This document shows positions 19,710 to 29,478 of a DNA stretch of 64,000 bases, piece by piece (position 1 is the stretch's first letter; each line of letters starts with the position of its first letter). Source of the stretch: Planctomycetota bacterium (GTDB taxonomy: Bacteria > Planctomycetota > JAJSAM01 > JAJVHW01). Position numbers and translations under genes: made by a program. The notes below the pieces were generated by a model, which was given only the letters and a program-made list of their open reading frames with translations, had not been told where the DNA came from and did no database searches. The DNA is taken from positions 7,645 to 71,644 of the forward strand of contig JAJRVY010000179.1 of assembly GCA_024277065.1 (NCBI GenBank), written 5' to 3'.

Positions 19710-21786
19710 TCGTCGCGCGCAGCGTCGGCGGCGCCGCCGCAGCGGGGCCGACGAGGTCCGCGATCCACGTCCCACGTAGCAGTCCGTCCAGGATCAGACG
19801 CTTGGCGTCGGCGCGCCGCGTCGTCTCGAGTGGGAGTCCCAAGCGTTCGAGCGGCGCGTCGTCCGGCGTGGACACCAGTCGCAGGCGCAGTTCGCCGCCG
19901 CGGTAGCCCTTCGGGATCGCGATGACCACGCGTGTCAGTGCGTCCCGCCAGCGCGGCGTGACGATCTGCGTCGGCCCGGCCGTCGCCGGCCACGTGACGG
20001 CCGCCGCGGCCGGCCCGTCGGCGGTGGTCACGCCCACCCAGGCGCGTCGGTGGCCGCCGCGCCGCCAGGCCCCCGGTGCGGCCACGTGCAGCCAGGCGCC
20101 GTCGTAGGTCACCCGCCGCTGGCTCGCGAACGGCTCCGACTCCGCGCCGAGCAGGTGATCGCCGGTGTCCATGAGCACCGTGAACGAGAGCGCCGACGCC
20201 TGTGTGCCCGGTGTCTCCCCCAGCCGCAGCAGAGCCGTGGGCCGCTCGCGGAGTGCCACGTCGCCGAGCGCCAGCGCGCCCGCGGCGTCCGGGTGCTGCA
20301 GCGGCAGCATCGTGGGTTCCAGCAGCCCCGCGGGCGGCATGATGGCGAGCAGCGGCAGAGCCCTCCGCCCGTCGCGCGGAGGGCGCATGAGCTCGAACCG
20401 TCCATCGACGTCCGTGACCGCGGCGAGCCCCGCCCAGCCGACGGTGGCCGCGGCGACCGGGGCGCCGTCGCGCCGTATGATGCGGCCGGTGAGCGCGCGG
20501 AGAGCGGACTCGGCGTCCACGGCGGGCGCGCCGGTGGCGTCGGCGCTCGCCAGCTGGATCTCGACGCGCCGCCGCTCGTCCGCCGCGAGCGCCACGAGCA
20601 GCCGATCGGCGCGGCTGCTCTCGTCCACGCGGAGGCCGGGTGCCTCGACCAGGATGCGTTGCGGCGTGCCCGGCGGCACGCCATCGAGGACGAATGACCC
20701 GTTGTCCTCGGTGCGTGTGCCGACGTCTCCGGGCACGACGCGCACGCGTGCGCCGGCGACAGCGACCCGCCCGGGCCCGAGCACGCTCCCGACCAGCGTC
20801 GCGGTCGGCACCGCGTCCAGCGCAACTTGCACTGCGCCGCGCGCTCCGGCTCGCGCGCGCCGTCTCGCCGGGGCGTGGCCCGCGGCGCGAACGACGAGTT
20901 CGACGTCGCCCCGGGGCAGGTCCGAGACGACGAAGCGGCCACGCGCGTCGGAGCGCACGACCCCCAGCAGCGTGCCGTCCTCGGGGACGACCACCTCGAT
21001 CACCGCCCCCGCGAGCTCGCGGCCGGACGCGCCGACGATCACGCCCGCGATGCGCGACACCGGCCAGAGCGAGACCACGGCGGGATCGTCGTAGCCGTCG
21101 CGTACGCGCGCGGGCACGGCCCCCCGCAGCGCGCCGTCCGCCGACCGCGCGGTGATGCGCAGGCCCACGCCCGGCGGCAGCGGCCCCAGACTCACGAGCC
21201 CGGCGCCGCCGGTGGTTCCCTGCACCGGCTCGAGGCCGGGGCCGTGGACGGCGACGACGGCGCCGCGCACCGGCTGGTCGTCCGCGTCGCGGGCGGCGAC
21301 CTCCAGCGCGCCGCCGCGGAAGACGCGGCGTGCGAGATCGACGTCGCCGCGCCCCGGGAGCAGGAGCACTTCCTCGGCGGGCACGGGCGCGCAGGTCTGG
21401 CCGCCGACGCGCAGGTCGAAGCGACCCTGCTCGGGGACGGACAGCAGGACGACGCCGTTCTCGTCGGTCGTCCCGCGGACGATCTCGCGTGGACCCTCGA
21501 GGACGCGCACGAGCACGTCCTTGGCGGCAGTCTGCCGCGGCATCGCGGTCAGGGTCAGCGTGACGCGCGGCGCCCGCAGCAGCGCGATGTCCTTGCGCAG
21601 GATCTCGCCGCGCCCCAGCCGGACGTCGCAGCAGAGACCGGAGAGGTGGCCTTCGTGCAGAATCTGCAGCACGAGCGGCAGCGTCTCCGGGACGCCGTCG
21701 ATCTGGTAGCGCCCGGCATGATCGCTCACGCCCGCGGCGATCTTCTCGCCCGTCGGATGCAGGAGACGGATACGGACGCCGCGCAC
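19669..21786 (-). CDS. Protein made of repeated carboxypeptidase-regulatory-like (CarboxypepD_reg/transthyretin-like) domains
   Basis: At least five repeats of the G-x-V-x-D-x-x-G-x-P-[VL] ... G-x-F-x-[LV] type. The called GTG start has no signal peptide, and the frame stays open upstream to a TAG at 21952-21954 (see findings). Confidence 0.6.
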   Translation of the reverse strand: MRGVRIRLLHPTGEKIAAGVSDHAGRYQIDGVPETLPLVLQILHEGHLSGLCCDVRLGRGEILRKDIALLRAPRVTLTLTAMPRQTAAKDVLVRVLEGPREIVRGTTDENGVVLLSVPEQGRFDLRVGGQTCAPVPAEEVLLLPGRGDVDLARRVFRGGALEVAARDADDQPVRGAVVAVHGPGLEPVQGTTGGAGLVSLGPLPPGVGLRITARSADGALRGAVPARVRDGYDDPAVVSLWPVSRIAGVIVGASGRELAGAVIEVVVPEDGTLLGVVRSDARGRFVVSDLPRGDVELVVRAAGHAPARRRARAGARGAVQVALDAVPTATLVGSVLGPGRVAVAGARVRVVPGDVGTRTEDNGSFVLDGVPPGTPQRILVEAPGLRVDESSRADRLLVALAADERRRVEIQLASADATGAPAVDAESALRALTGRIIRRDGAPVAAATVGWAGLAAVTDVDGRFELMRPPRDGRRALPLLAIMPPAGLLEPTMLPLQHPDAAGALALGDVALRERPTALLRLGETPGTQASALSFTVLMDTGDHLLGAESEPFASQRRVTYDGAWLHVAAPGAWRRGGHRRAWVGVTTADGPAAAAVTWPATAGPTQIVTPRWRDALTRVVIAIPKGYRGGELRLRLVSTPDDAPLERLGLPLETTRRADAKRLILDGLLRGTWIADLVGPAAAAPPTLRATIKNGRFRGFRPAR

Positions 21787-22186
21787 GGGGTCCCCGCTGA
21801 CGGCGTCGGTGATGGTGCCGACGACGAAGCCCGAGCCCCGCGCCCACGGCAGACGTTCGGCCGGCGGCGGTGGCGGTCGGACGGCGTCCTGCGGCTCGCT
21901 CGAGCCCTCGCGAGGGCGCCGTTCCTGCCGCGCGCGCGTGCGCTCGCGCGCCTAGCGCGCCACGCGCGGCGGCGTCGCGCCGGGCTCGCGGGCGGCGTCG
22001 TCCGGGGCCCCGAGTCCGACGAAGGCGGCGACGATCGCGAGCGCCAGTGCGATGACGACCGCCGTTGTTGCAGCAGCGTGCCTGACCCTCAACGTGTGAC
22101 GACCTCCGTGCTCGTCGGACGCCTCGGCGCGGCGTCCCTTCCGCACCCTCTCAGCGCTGCGCTGACGTTCGGGTACGATCCGGCGC

Positions 22187-23545
22187 ATGAGCACCCCCCA
22201 ATTGCAGCAGCGCCCTGCCGTGGTCCTCGACGCGGATCGCGCGCTCGCCCGCGCTGAGGACCTCTGCCGCTTCATCGATTGCGGCCCCATGCCACAACTC
22301 GCCGCCGTCGAGTGCGCGCGCCGGCTGACCGGCGCAGGGTATCAGGAGTTGCGCGAGGAGTACGCCTGGAGACTCGCGCCCGGCGGCTGCTACTACGTCA
22401 TGCGCGCCGGGACGACCGTCATCGCGTTCCGCGCCGGGTCGCAGGCGCCGGCCGAGGCGGGCATCCGTGCCGTGGGCGCGCATCTCGACTCGCCGAACCT
22501 GCGTGTGAAGCCGCACGGCATGAACGTCGCGGAGGGCTATCGACGGCTGGCGGTCGAGGTGTACGGGGGAGCGCTGCTGGCAACGTGGACCGACCGCGAC
22601 CTCGGCCTGGCCGGGCGCCTCGTCGTGCAGGACGGCGACGGCCTGCGCACGGAACTGATCCGCATCGACCGGCCCGTGGCGCGCATCCCGAACCTCGCGA
22701 TCCACCTGAATCGCAAGGTCAACGACGACGGTCTGCGGCTCGACAAGCAGCGCCACCTGCCCCCGGTGCTCGGTCTCGCCGGTGGGACGCTCGCCGCGGA
22801 TGACGTGCGGCGCGTCGTGGCGGCGGCGGCCGGCGTTGCGGCGGAGAGCGTCGTGGACTTCGACCTCGGGCTGTTCGACGTGACGCCGTCCACGCTGGGC
22901 GGACTGGACGGAGAGTTCGTGTTCGCACCACGCTTGGACAACCTGGGCTCGTCGCACGCGGGCCTCGTGGCGCTGGTGGAGTCGGCGGCGGGCCCCGTTC
23001 CGGCGCACACGTCGCTCATCGCTCTCTACGACCACGAGGAGTGCGGCAGCGCGAGCGCGCAGGGGGCGGGCGGCCCGTTCCTGCTCGACGTGCTGCGGCG
23101 CATCGCGACGACCCACGAGGCGGCGTCGGGCGGCCCGCCGTCCGAGGAGGAGGCGCGCGTACTCGCGCGGTCGTTCCTGATCAGTGCCGACATGGCGCAT
23201 GCGGTGCACCCCAACTACGGCGAGATGCACGAACCGGAGCACAAGCCGCGCCTGAACCACGGGCCCGTGATCAAGCGCAACGAGAACCAGCGCTACGCGA
23301 CCGACGGCGTGACCGGCGCCCGCTTCACCGCGCTCTGCCGTGCCGCCGGGTTCGAGCCGCAGGTCTTCGTGACGCGCACGGATCTGCCCTGCGGCTCCAC
23401 GATCGGACCGATCACGGCGGCGCGCGCGGGCGTCGCGACGGTCGATGTCGGCAACCCGATGCTGTCGATGCACTCGATCCGCGAGATGGCCGGCACGTTC
23501 GACCAGGATCTCATGATCGAGGCTCTGCTCAGGCACCTGCGGTGA
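22187..23545 (+). CDS. apeB: M18 family aminopeptidase (aspartyl aminopeptidase-like)
   Basis: Strong M18 similarity, including GAHLDSPNL and HSIRE. Confidence 0.85.
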   Translation: MSTPQLQQRPAVVLDADRALARAEDLCRFIDCGPMPQLAAVECARRLTGAGYQELREEYAWRLAPGGCYYVMRAGTTVIAFRAGSQAPAEAGIRAVGAHLDSPNLRVKPHGMNVAEGYRRLAVEVYGGALLATWTDRDLGLAGRLVVQDGDGLRTELIRIDRPVARIPNLAIHLNRKVNDDGLRLDKQRHLPPVLGLAGGTLAADDVRRVVAAAAGVAAESVVDFDLGLFDVTPSTLGGLDGEFVFAPRLDNLGSSHAGLVALVESAAGPVPAHTSLIALYDHEECGSASAQGAGGPFLLDVLRRIATTHEAASGGPPSEEEARVLARSFLISADMAHAVHPNYGEMHEPEHKPRLNHGPVIKRNENQRYATDGVTGARFTALCRAAGFEPQVFVTRTDLPCGSTIGPITAARAGVATVDVGNPMLSMHSIREMAGTFDQDLMIEALLRHLR

Positions 23546-24582
23546 CGCCTGCCGGCGGTACGGCCGGTCGCCGTCGGTGGCGGGTCCTCGCCGCTCTCTG
23601 CGGCGTGCTCGTCGCGCTCGGCGCCGGTGAGATCGTGCTGCGTCTCACCGATTTCGGCCACTACGCGCCGCGCGAGGACCACTACGAGCTCGTCAAGCTC
23701 GACGGCGATCCCACGAGGTTGTACTGGGGCCTCGATCCGCAGCGCGTCTCGTGGCAGGCGTGGGACGGCGATCCCTACGGCACGCTGCCGCCCGGCGCCG
23801 TGCTGCGCTACGACGACGTCAACGCCGAGGGACTGCGCGGCCCCCTGCCGCCGGACGACGGCACGCCGCGCGTGCTGTTCGTGGGCGACTCCTTCACGTT
23901 CGGCGAGGGCGTCCGCGACGGCGACACGTTCGTCGCGGCTGTCGGGCGCGCCGTCGCGACGGACGCCGGTCCCGTGGCCGTTCTGAACGCCGGGGTCCCG
24001 GGCTACGGCACGTTCGAGGAGGCGCTGCGCCTGCCGGCGCTCCTCGAACGCTTCCGTCCGCGCGTCGTCGTCGTCGTCGTCACCCCCAACGACGCGATTC
24101 ACGTGAGCGCCTCGCGCGAGCAGGGTGACGATCTCCTGCGCTACGGCGACCGCGACGACGACGGCCTGCGTCTCGCCGCTCTGCTCCGCCGGGTGGCTGG
24201 TTCCGCGGCGCGTGAGCGCGAGACCGAGCGCTGGTACCTCTCGTACTACACCGGCGAGCAGAGCGCTGCCTGGCGGCGCATGCGGGTGGGGCTGCGCGAG
24301 ATGCACGCGATGGCGTCGCGCGCCGGCGCCTCGTTCGCCGTCGTCTACTTCCCGCTGCTGCATCGTCTCGAGGACGGACCGCTCGACCCGATTCGCGACC
24401 TCGTGCGCGACGCCTGCGCTGCTGACGACGTGCCGTTCCTGGACCTCGGAGAGGCCTTCGTGGGGCTCGCGGGCCGCGATCTGTGGGTGCATCCCGCGGA
24501 TCACCATCCGAACGCGCGTGCCCACGCGGCAGCGGCCCGCGCGATGACGCCCTTCGTGCGCCATCTCATGCCGCGGCGCTGA
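23542..24582 (+). CDS. SGNH/GDSL-family hydrolase with an N-terminal membrane anchor
   Basis: FVGDSFTFGEGV GDS(L) block. The GTG start overlaps the apeB stop (GTGA). Confidence 0.6.
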   Translation: MTPAGGTAGRRRWRVLAALCGVLVALGAGEIVLRLTDFGHYAPREDHYELVKLDGDPTRLYWGLDPQRVSWQAWDGDPYGTLPPGAVLRYDDVNAEGLRGPLPPDDGTPRVLFVGDSFTFGEGVRDGDTFVAAVGRAVATDAGPVAVLNAGVPGYGTFEEALRLPALLERFRPRVVVVVVTPNDAIHVSASREQGDDLLRYGDRDDDGLRLAALLRRVAGSAARERETERWYLSYYTGEQSAAWRRMRVGLREMHAMASRAGASFAVVYFPLLHRLEDGPLDPIRDLVRDACAADDVPFLDLGEAFVGLAGRDLWVHPADHHPNARAHAAAARAMTPFVRHLMPRR

Positions 24583-24623
24583 CGGCGCTGGTGCTGTGCC
24601 CCGGGGTGCGTACACTCGACACG

Positions 24624-26405
24624 ATGCTCGCCGCCCTTCTCATCGCGTCTCGGCGCAACGTCGTCACGGTGGCGTTGGCGACGGCTCTCGTGACCGCACT
24701 CGCGCTCCCGGCGCACGCCAAGACGACGGAACTGGCCGACGACTCCGGCGTGCTGCGTATCGCGGCGGAGGGGACGTGGCGCGAGCAGAAGGGCGCGACG
24801 ACGATCGCGGCGCACGGCTTCCTCGGCGGCACGAAGCGCGCGGAGCTGTTCGCCGTTCTCTACACCGACCTGACGACGGCCGACGCGGCGGCCCGCCGCT
24901 GGAAGGAATGGCGTACGAAGAACGGCGGCGAGCCCGTTTTCGCGGACGCGGAGGACGCGGAGGACGCGACACGCTGGACCGCTCACAGCGTCGCCGCAGG
25001 CACCGTGGAGTACGTCCGCGCTCTCGCCGGAGCCGGCAAGGCGGCCGTGGTCTGGGTGCGTGTGAACGGCGCGCCGGGCGTCGCCGCGGGCGATGCGAAG
25101 ACGCTGCTCGACGCCGCGGGGCTCGCGCCGCCGGAGCCCGAGACGCCGAAGACCGAGACGCCGGCGGGTGCGGGGGCCACGGATGCGGGCGGCGCGAGCG
25201 AGGACGGGAGCGGCGACGCGGGCACGGATTCCGGCGGCGCCCTGACGAAGGACCCCGACTTCCGGATCGCGATCCGGCTCCCCGAGGGCTTCACGGTGCG
25301 CAAGGACGTGCAGCCCGCCGCGCCGCGCGTGATCTCGGCCATCGGCCCCGTGGGGACCGACGCCGAGGCCTTCCTCGACGTGTACGTCTTCGACGAGTTC
25401 CTGCGCGCGGATGCGTGCGGGAAGTGGTGGCGCGAGGCCGAGCAGATGGGGTGGCACCAGGGCGTCCACGTCGCGGGCGACGCGACGTCGTTCAAGGTCG
25501 AGGTGCGTGACGAGACGTGGACGCGGCACGTGCGCGTCGTACGCACGGACGCGGGCGTCGTGGGCCTCAAGCTCGACGTCGCCTCGCAGGCCGAGGACGC
25601 GGCGCTGGCGACAATGGACGCGCTGCTCGCATCGTTGCAGGTGCTGAAGGCGCGTCCGGACGTACCCACGCCGCCGCCGGGTATGAAGGTCACGACGAGC
25701 GAGAAGTCGATCGTGCAGGCCGAGGAACTCGAGGGCGGGCCGGAGCCGTTCCAGTTCGAGGCCGACGTCGTCGAGGAGCACGTCACGGCCATCACGGGCA
25801 TCCCCGCGCCGACGGGCGCCAAGGCTGTCGTGCGCGTCTACGCGGACGCCGTCGCCCTCGCGAGCGCGCTGCGGCCGCTCGGGATCAGCGACGACCGTGA
25901 GGCCGAGTGGTGGGTCCGCGAGGGCGCCGTCCTGACGCACGGCGGCGCGCTGTCCACGCCCGCCGGCAAGGCGGCGCTGCGTCTCGAGCTGACGCGCGCC
26001 GCGCTCCAGCGCAGACTCGGGTTCCGGGCGCCGTTCTGGATCGAGCACGGCGTCGGGCAGGTGGTGGCCTCGGCGGCCTACAACAAGGGACGCATCGACC
26101 AGTCACACCCGCTGCTCGTGCGGGCAGTGCACGACGCCGCACCGAGCGGCGTCGAGTTGCAGACCGTCCGCTGGTGGACCCACGCCGAGAGCGCCACGCA
26201 TCCCGAGCGCGAGGCCGTCGCCTGGAGCTACGTGCACTTCTTCCTTCATGGCGGCGCCGCCGGACGCAAGTGGGTGGAGATGTTCCGCGCGTACATGAAG
26301 GCGCTGCAGTCGAGCGGCGATCCGGTCGCGGCGGCGGCCGCATTCGACTTCTCGCGCGAGACGGAGCTGGCCGAGGACTGGCAGCTCTGGGCGCGCAAGC
26401 TCTGA
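24624..26405 (+). CDS. Secreted hypothetical protein
   Basis: Signal peptide MLAALLIASRRNVVTVALATALVTALALPAHA. 593 aa with no confident family match. Confidence 0.5.
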   Translation: MLAALLIASRRNVVTVALATALVTALALPAHAKTTELADDSGVLRIAAEGTWREQKGATTIAAHGFLGGTKRAELFAVLYTDLTTADAAARRWKEWRTKNGGEPVFADAEDAEDATRWTAHSVAAGTVEYVRALAGAGKAAVVWVRVNGAPGVAAGDAKTLLDAAGLAPPEPETPKTETPAGAGATDAGGASEDGSGDAGTDSGGALTKDPDFRIAIRLPEGFTVRKDVQPAAPRVISAIGPVGTDAEAFLDVYVFDEFLRADACGKWWREAEQMGWHQGVHVAGDATSFKVEVRDETWTRHVRVVRTDAGVVGLKLDVASQAEDAALATMDALLASLQVLKARPDVPTPPPGMKVTTSEKSIVQAEELEGGPEPFQFEADVVEEHVTAITGIPAPTGAKAVVRVYADAVALASALRPLGISDDREAEWWVREGAVLTHGGALSTPAGKAALRLELTRAALQRRLGFRAPFWIEHGVGQVVASAAYNKGRIDQSHPLLVRAVHDAAPSGVELQTVRWWTHAESATHPEREAVAWSYVHFFLHGGAAGRKWVEMFRAYMKALQSSGDPVAAAAAFDFSRETELAEDWQLWARKL

Positions 26406-26495
26406 CGCGCGGGCGACGGGGCGGGCCGTTGCCGTCGCCCGGCCCCGTTCGGGGCCCGCGGCCCACGCGTGACGAGGAGTGGTAGAGTTCAGGGC

Positions 26496-28925
26496 ATGCC
26501 GCGCCGCCGCCACCTCATGCCCGTCGTGCTAGCGTTCGCGGTGCTCCTCGGCAGCGTCGCGGCGCTGCTGCGGAGCGGCCCGGACGCCCGGCAGGAGAGG
26601 GCCGCGGCGCGGGCGGCGGGCGATGCGGACGCGGTGCCCCGCCGCGCCGTCGCCCGGGCGCGCTCGACGGTGTTGCCCGCGGCGGCTCGGGGGGCGCCCG
26701 CGCCCGCGCCGCCCGCGCCCGCGCCGACAGCGGTCGTCGCCTTGTCTGCGGCGCCGCGTGTCGTGCCCGGTCGCACCGTGCTGCTGACGCACCTTCCGGC
26801 GCGGAGCGGCGACCCCGCGGGCATCGCGCGCGCTCTGCTCGCGGAGCACCGTGACGAACTGGGGCTCACGGCGATGCCCGGCGAGCTGGTCCTCGAGCGC
26901 GAGATCGACAGCCTCTCCGGGCATCACGTCCGCTACGTGCAGAGCGTCGGCGGCGTGCCCGTGTTCGGCAGCCGCGTCTCGGCGCACGTCGCACCCGACG
27001 GGCGTCCGTTGCTGCTGCGCGCCGATGTGTATCCGTTGGCGGGGATCGACGCCGCGCGCGCGCAGGTGCCCGTCATCTCGTCGCCCGCGGCGGCCGCGCG
27101 GGCCGTGCTCCTGCTCGCTGCAGACGACACGTCGGCGGCTGTACCGGGCGCAGCACCGCCTGCGCGCGTGTCCAGTGCGCCGGAACTCGTGATCCTGCCG
27201 CGCGGGCGCCGCGGCGTGCTCGCCTGGCACGTCGGAGTGCGCTCGGCCGCCGAGACGCTGCGCGTGTTCGTGGACGCCGCGGACGGCGCGGTCCTGCGGG
27301 CGGACGACGTGCGCATCGCCGCCGACGGTCGTGGCCTCGTCTTCCGGCCCAACCCCGTCCACGCCACCGGCAACGGCTCCCTCCGTGACCAGGGGGACCG
27401 TGATCAGGCCGCACTGACGAACGCCCTGGAACTCGTCACGCTGCCTCGTCTCGACGGCAGCGGCTATCTCGTGGGGACGTGGGCCCACCTGCGGGACTCG
27501 CCGGTCTCGACTTTCCGGGCCGACCTCGACTGGACGTGGGTCAAGCGCTCCCATCACGCGTTCGAGCAGGTGATGGCGTACTACCACGTCGATCGCGTGC
27601 AGAACCGGCTGCGCTCCCTGGGCCTCACGAACGTCAACGCCGAGTCCCAGCGTGTGAACGCCCACGCCGGCACGCGCGACCAGTCCATCTACGATGTCTT
27701 CGACGACCGCCTGGAGTTCGGCGACGGGGGCGTGGACGACGCCGAGGACGCCGACATCATCGTCCACGAGTACGGACACGCGGTGCAGTTCGACCAGGTG
27801 GGGTCGTTCGGGCTCACCGGCGAGGGCGGCGCGATGGGGGAGGGCTTCGGCGACTTCCTCGCAGTCGTGTTCCACGAGTCGGCGCGGCCCGCCTGGGATC
27901 CCCTGTTCGCCTCGTGGGACGCGACCGCCTTCGTCGATCGCAGCCCGCCCTTCCTGCGCCGCGTGGACCGCGACAAGGTGTTCCCCGGGGACTACGTCGA
28001 TCAGGTCCACGACGACGGCGAGATCTGGTCGCGGTTGCTGATGGACCTGCGCTATCTGATCGGCGCGGACGACGCCCTACGCGTCGTCATCGAGTCGCAC
28101 TTCTACCTCACGCCGAACGCCCGTTTCCGCCACGGTTGCGACGCGCTCCTTGTCGCCAACCTGGCGCTGCGCGAGGGCCGCGACGATGCCTCGATCCGGG
28201 CGCTCATGGTCGCGCGGGGGCTGCCGTTCACCGTGCCGAGCGTGCCGCTGCCCCCGGAGGAGGACTCCGAGGACAACGACAGCGCCGCTACCGCCGCGCC
28301 CCTCGCCGCGGGACGCTACGAGCGCTTCCTCCTGGCCGACGAAGACTGGTTCCGCATCACCGTGCCGCCCTTCAGCCGCGTCGTCGTGCGCGCCGATCAC
28401 GACCCCGCGGCGTTCGACATGGACCTCGAGGCGTACACGCCCGGTGGCGCGCGCGCGGCCGTCTCGGCGCAGCCCGGTGGGATCGAGGTGATCGCACTGT
28501 CGGCCGGCCCGGAGGGCGGCATCGCGCTCGTGCGCTGTTTCCACGCGGACCCTGCGGCGATCGTGCCGGGGGCCTACGATCTGACCGTCACGGAGACCGA
28601 CCTGGAGTTCCTGGGGCCCGTGCAGACCGTCGTGCGCCGCATGGAACCCGGAGCCACGTGGGCCTTCCGCATCGCCGTCGCGCCGGCCAAGGTGGACGAC
28701 GGCGCGCGACTGAAACTGCGCACGAAGAAGCTGCGCCGCGGCGCCAAGACCGACCTGCGCCTGTTCACACCCGATCGCGTCGAGATCGTTGCTGCCGCCA
28801 CCGCCCGCAGGCGCCGCGGTGGCCGGGCCGTCGTGGACGTGGATGCCAGCGGGGACTGGATTGCGGTCGTGACGGCCCGCGAGGGGCAGGCGGGCCGCAC
28901 GAAACTGCGCGTCAAGCTGAAGTGA
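26496..28925 (+). CDS. Secreted zinc metalloprotease. It has an N-terminal FTP-type propeptide, an M36 (fungalysin)-like catalytic domain (HEYGH ... EGFGDF), and a C-terminal bacterial pre-peptidase (PPC) domain.
   Basis: HExxH zinc-binding motif, a downstream E-G-F-G-D motif, and a PPC-like C-terminus. Signal/TM region near the N-terminus. Confidence 0.7.
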   Translation: MPRRRHLMPVVLAFAVLLGSVAALLRSGPDARQERAAARAAGDADAVPRRAVARARSTVLPAAARGAPAPAPPAPAPTAVVALSAAPRVVPGRTVLLTHLPARSGDPAGIARALLAEHRDELGLTAMPGELVLEREIDSLSGHHVRYVQSVGGVPVFGSRVSAHVAPDGRPLLLRADVYPLAGIDAARAQVPVISSPAAAARAVLLLAADDTSAAVPGAAPPARVSSAPELVILPRGRRGVLAWHVGVRSAAETLRVFVDAADGAVLRADDVRIAADGRGLVFRPNPVHATGNGSLRDQGDRDQAALTNALELVTLPRLDGSGYLVGTWAHLRDSPVSTFRADLDWTWVKRSHHAFEQVMAYYHVDRVQNRLRSLGLTNVNAESQRVNAHAGTRDQSIYDVFDDRLEFGDGGVDDAEDADIIVHEYGHAVQFDQVGSFGLTGEGGAMGEGFGDFLAVVFHESARPAWDPLFASWDATAFVDRSPPFLRRVDRDKVFPGDYVDQVHDDGEIWSRLLMDLRYLIGADDALRVVIESHFYLTPNARFRHGCDALLVANLALREGRDDASIRALMVARGLPFTVPSVPLPPEEDSEDNDSAATAAPLAAGRYERFLLADEDWFRITVPPFSRVVVRADHDPAAFDMDLEAYTPGGARAAVSAQPGGIEVIALSAGPEGGIALVRCFHADPAAIVPGAYDLTVTETDLEFLGPVQTVVRRMEPGATWAFRIAVAPAKVDDGARLKLRTKKLRRGAKTDLRLFTPDRVEIVAAATARRRRGGRAVVDVDASGDWIAVVTAREGQAGRTKLRVKLK

Positions 28926-29478
28926 TGCGGGCGCCCGACCAGCGCCCTTCGCCGAGGCCCTCGATCCGCCAACCCTCGACCTGCCAGCCCTCGAGGGCCA
29001 GGAGCGCGCGCTTGGCCGGGAGTCCGCCCCCGAACCCGCCCAGCCGCCGACCGGCGGCCACGACGCGGTGTCAGGGCACGACGAGGGGGATCGGATTGTC
29101 GCCGACGGCGCGGCCGACGGCGCGCGCCGCCCGCGGCCGCCCGGCACGTCGCGCCAACTCGCCGTACGTGACCAACTCGCCGCGGCGGACGGCGCCGAGC
29201 GCCTCCAACACCTCGGCCGCGAAGCCCGAGACGAGCGACAGGTCGAGCGCCAGTTCGAAGTCGCGGCGGCGGCCGGCGAACCAGTCGCGGAGCTGCGCGG
29301 CGGCGGGGCCTCCTGCGCTGCGTCGCGCCGTGGCCGTGTGCCGCGCGCAGAGCCGGGCGAGCGGCGTGTCGAAGTCCGAGGCCGGGAACGCCAGGAGCGC
29401 GAGCCCGGCCGCGGACGTCGCGCCGCGCAGCGTCCCCACGGGCGACCGGACGTCGAAGACGGAGATCGTGGCCGTCAT
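28912..29478 (-). CDS. ogt: Methylated-DNA--protein-cysteine methyltransferase (Ogt/MGMT) with an in-frame TGA at the catalytic-Cys codon (29071-29073). Candidate selenocysteine recoding, or alternatively a nonsense pseudogene.
   Basis: The N-terminal ribonuclease-like domain and the helix-turn-helix TYGELA...RAVG..NPIPLVVP are present. The residue where C of the PCHRV motif should be is encoded by TGA. The frame continues as HRVVAAGRRLGGFGGGLPAKRALLALEG, a conserved MGMT C-terminus, to a stop at 28912-28914. The ATG overlaps the upstream gene stop (ATGA). Confidence 0.7.

Noticed and set aside
3011-29073. Possibility that TGA is globally reassigned (as in TGA-recoding lineages), which would explain the in-frame TGAs in the giant protein and ogt.
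   Set aside because: Many well-conserved genes here (asparaginase, apeB, rsm22-like, ligA, the methyltransferase and others) terminate at TGA at the expected position. TGA is a normal stop, so only local recoding (Sec) or a pseudogene/error remains.
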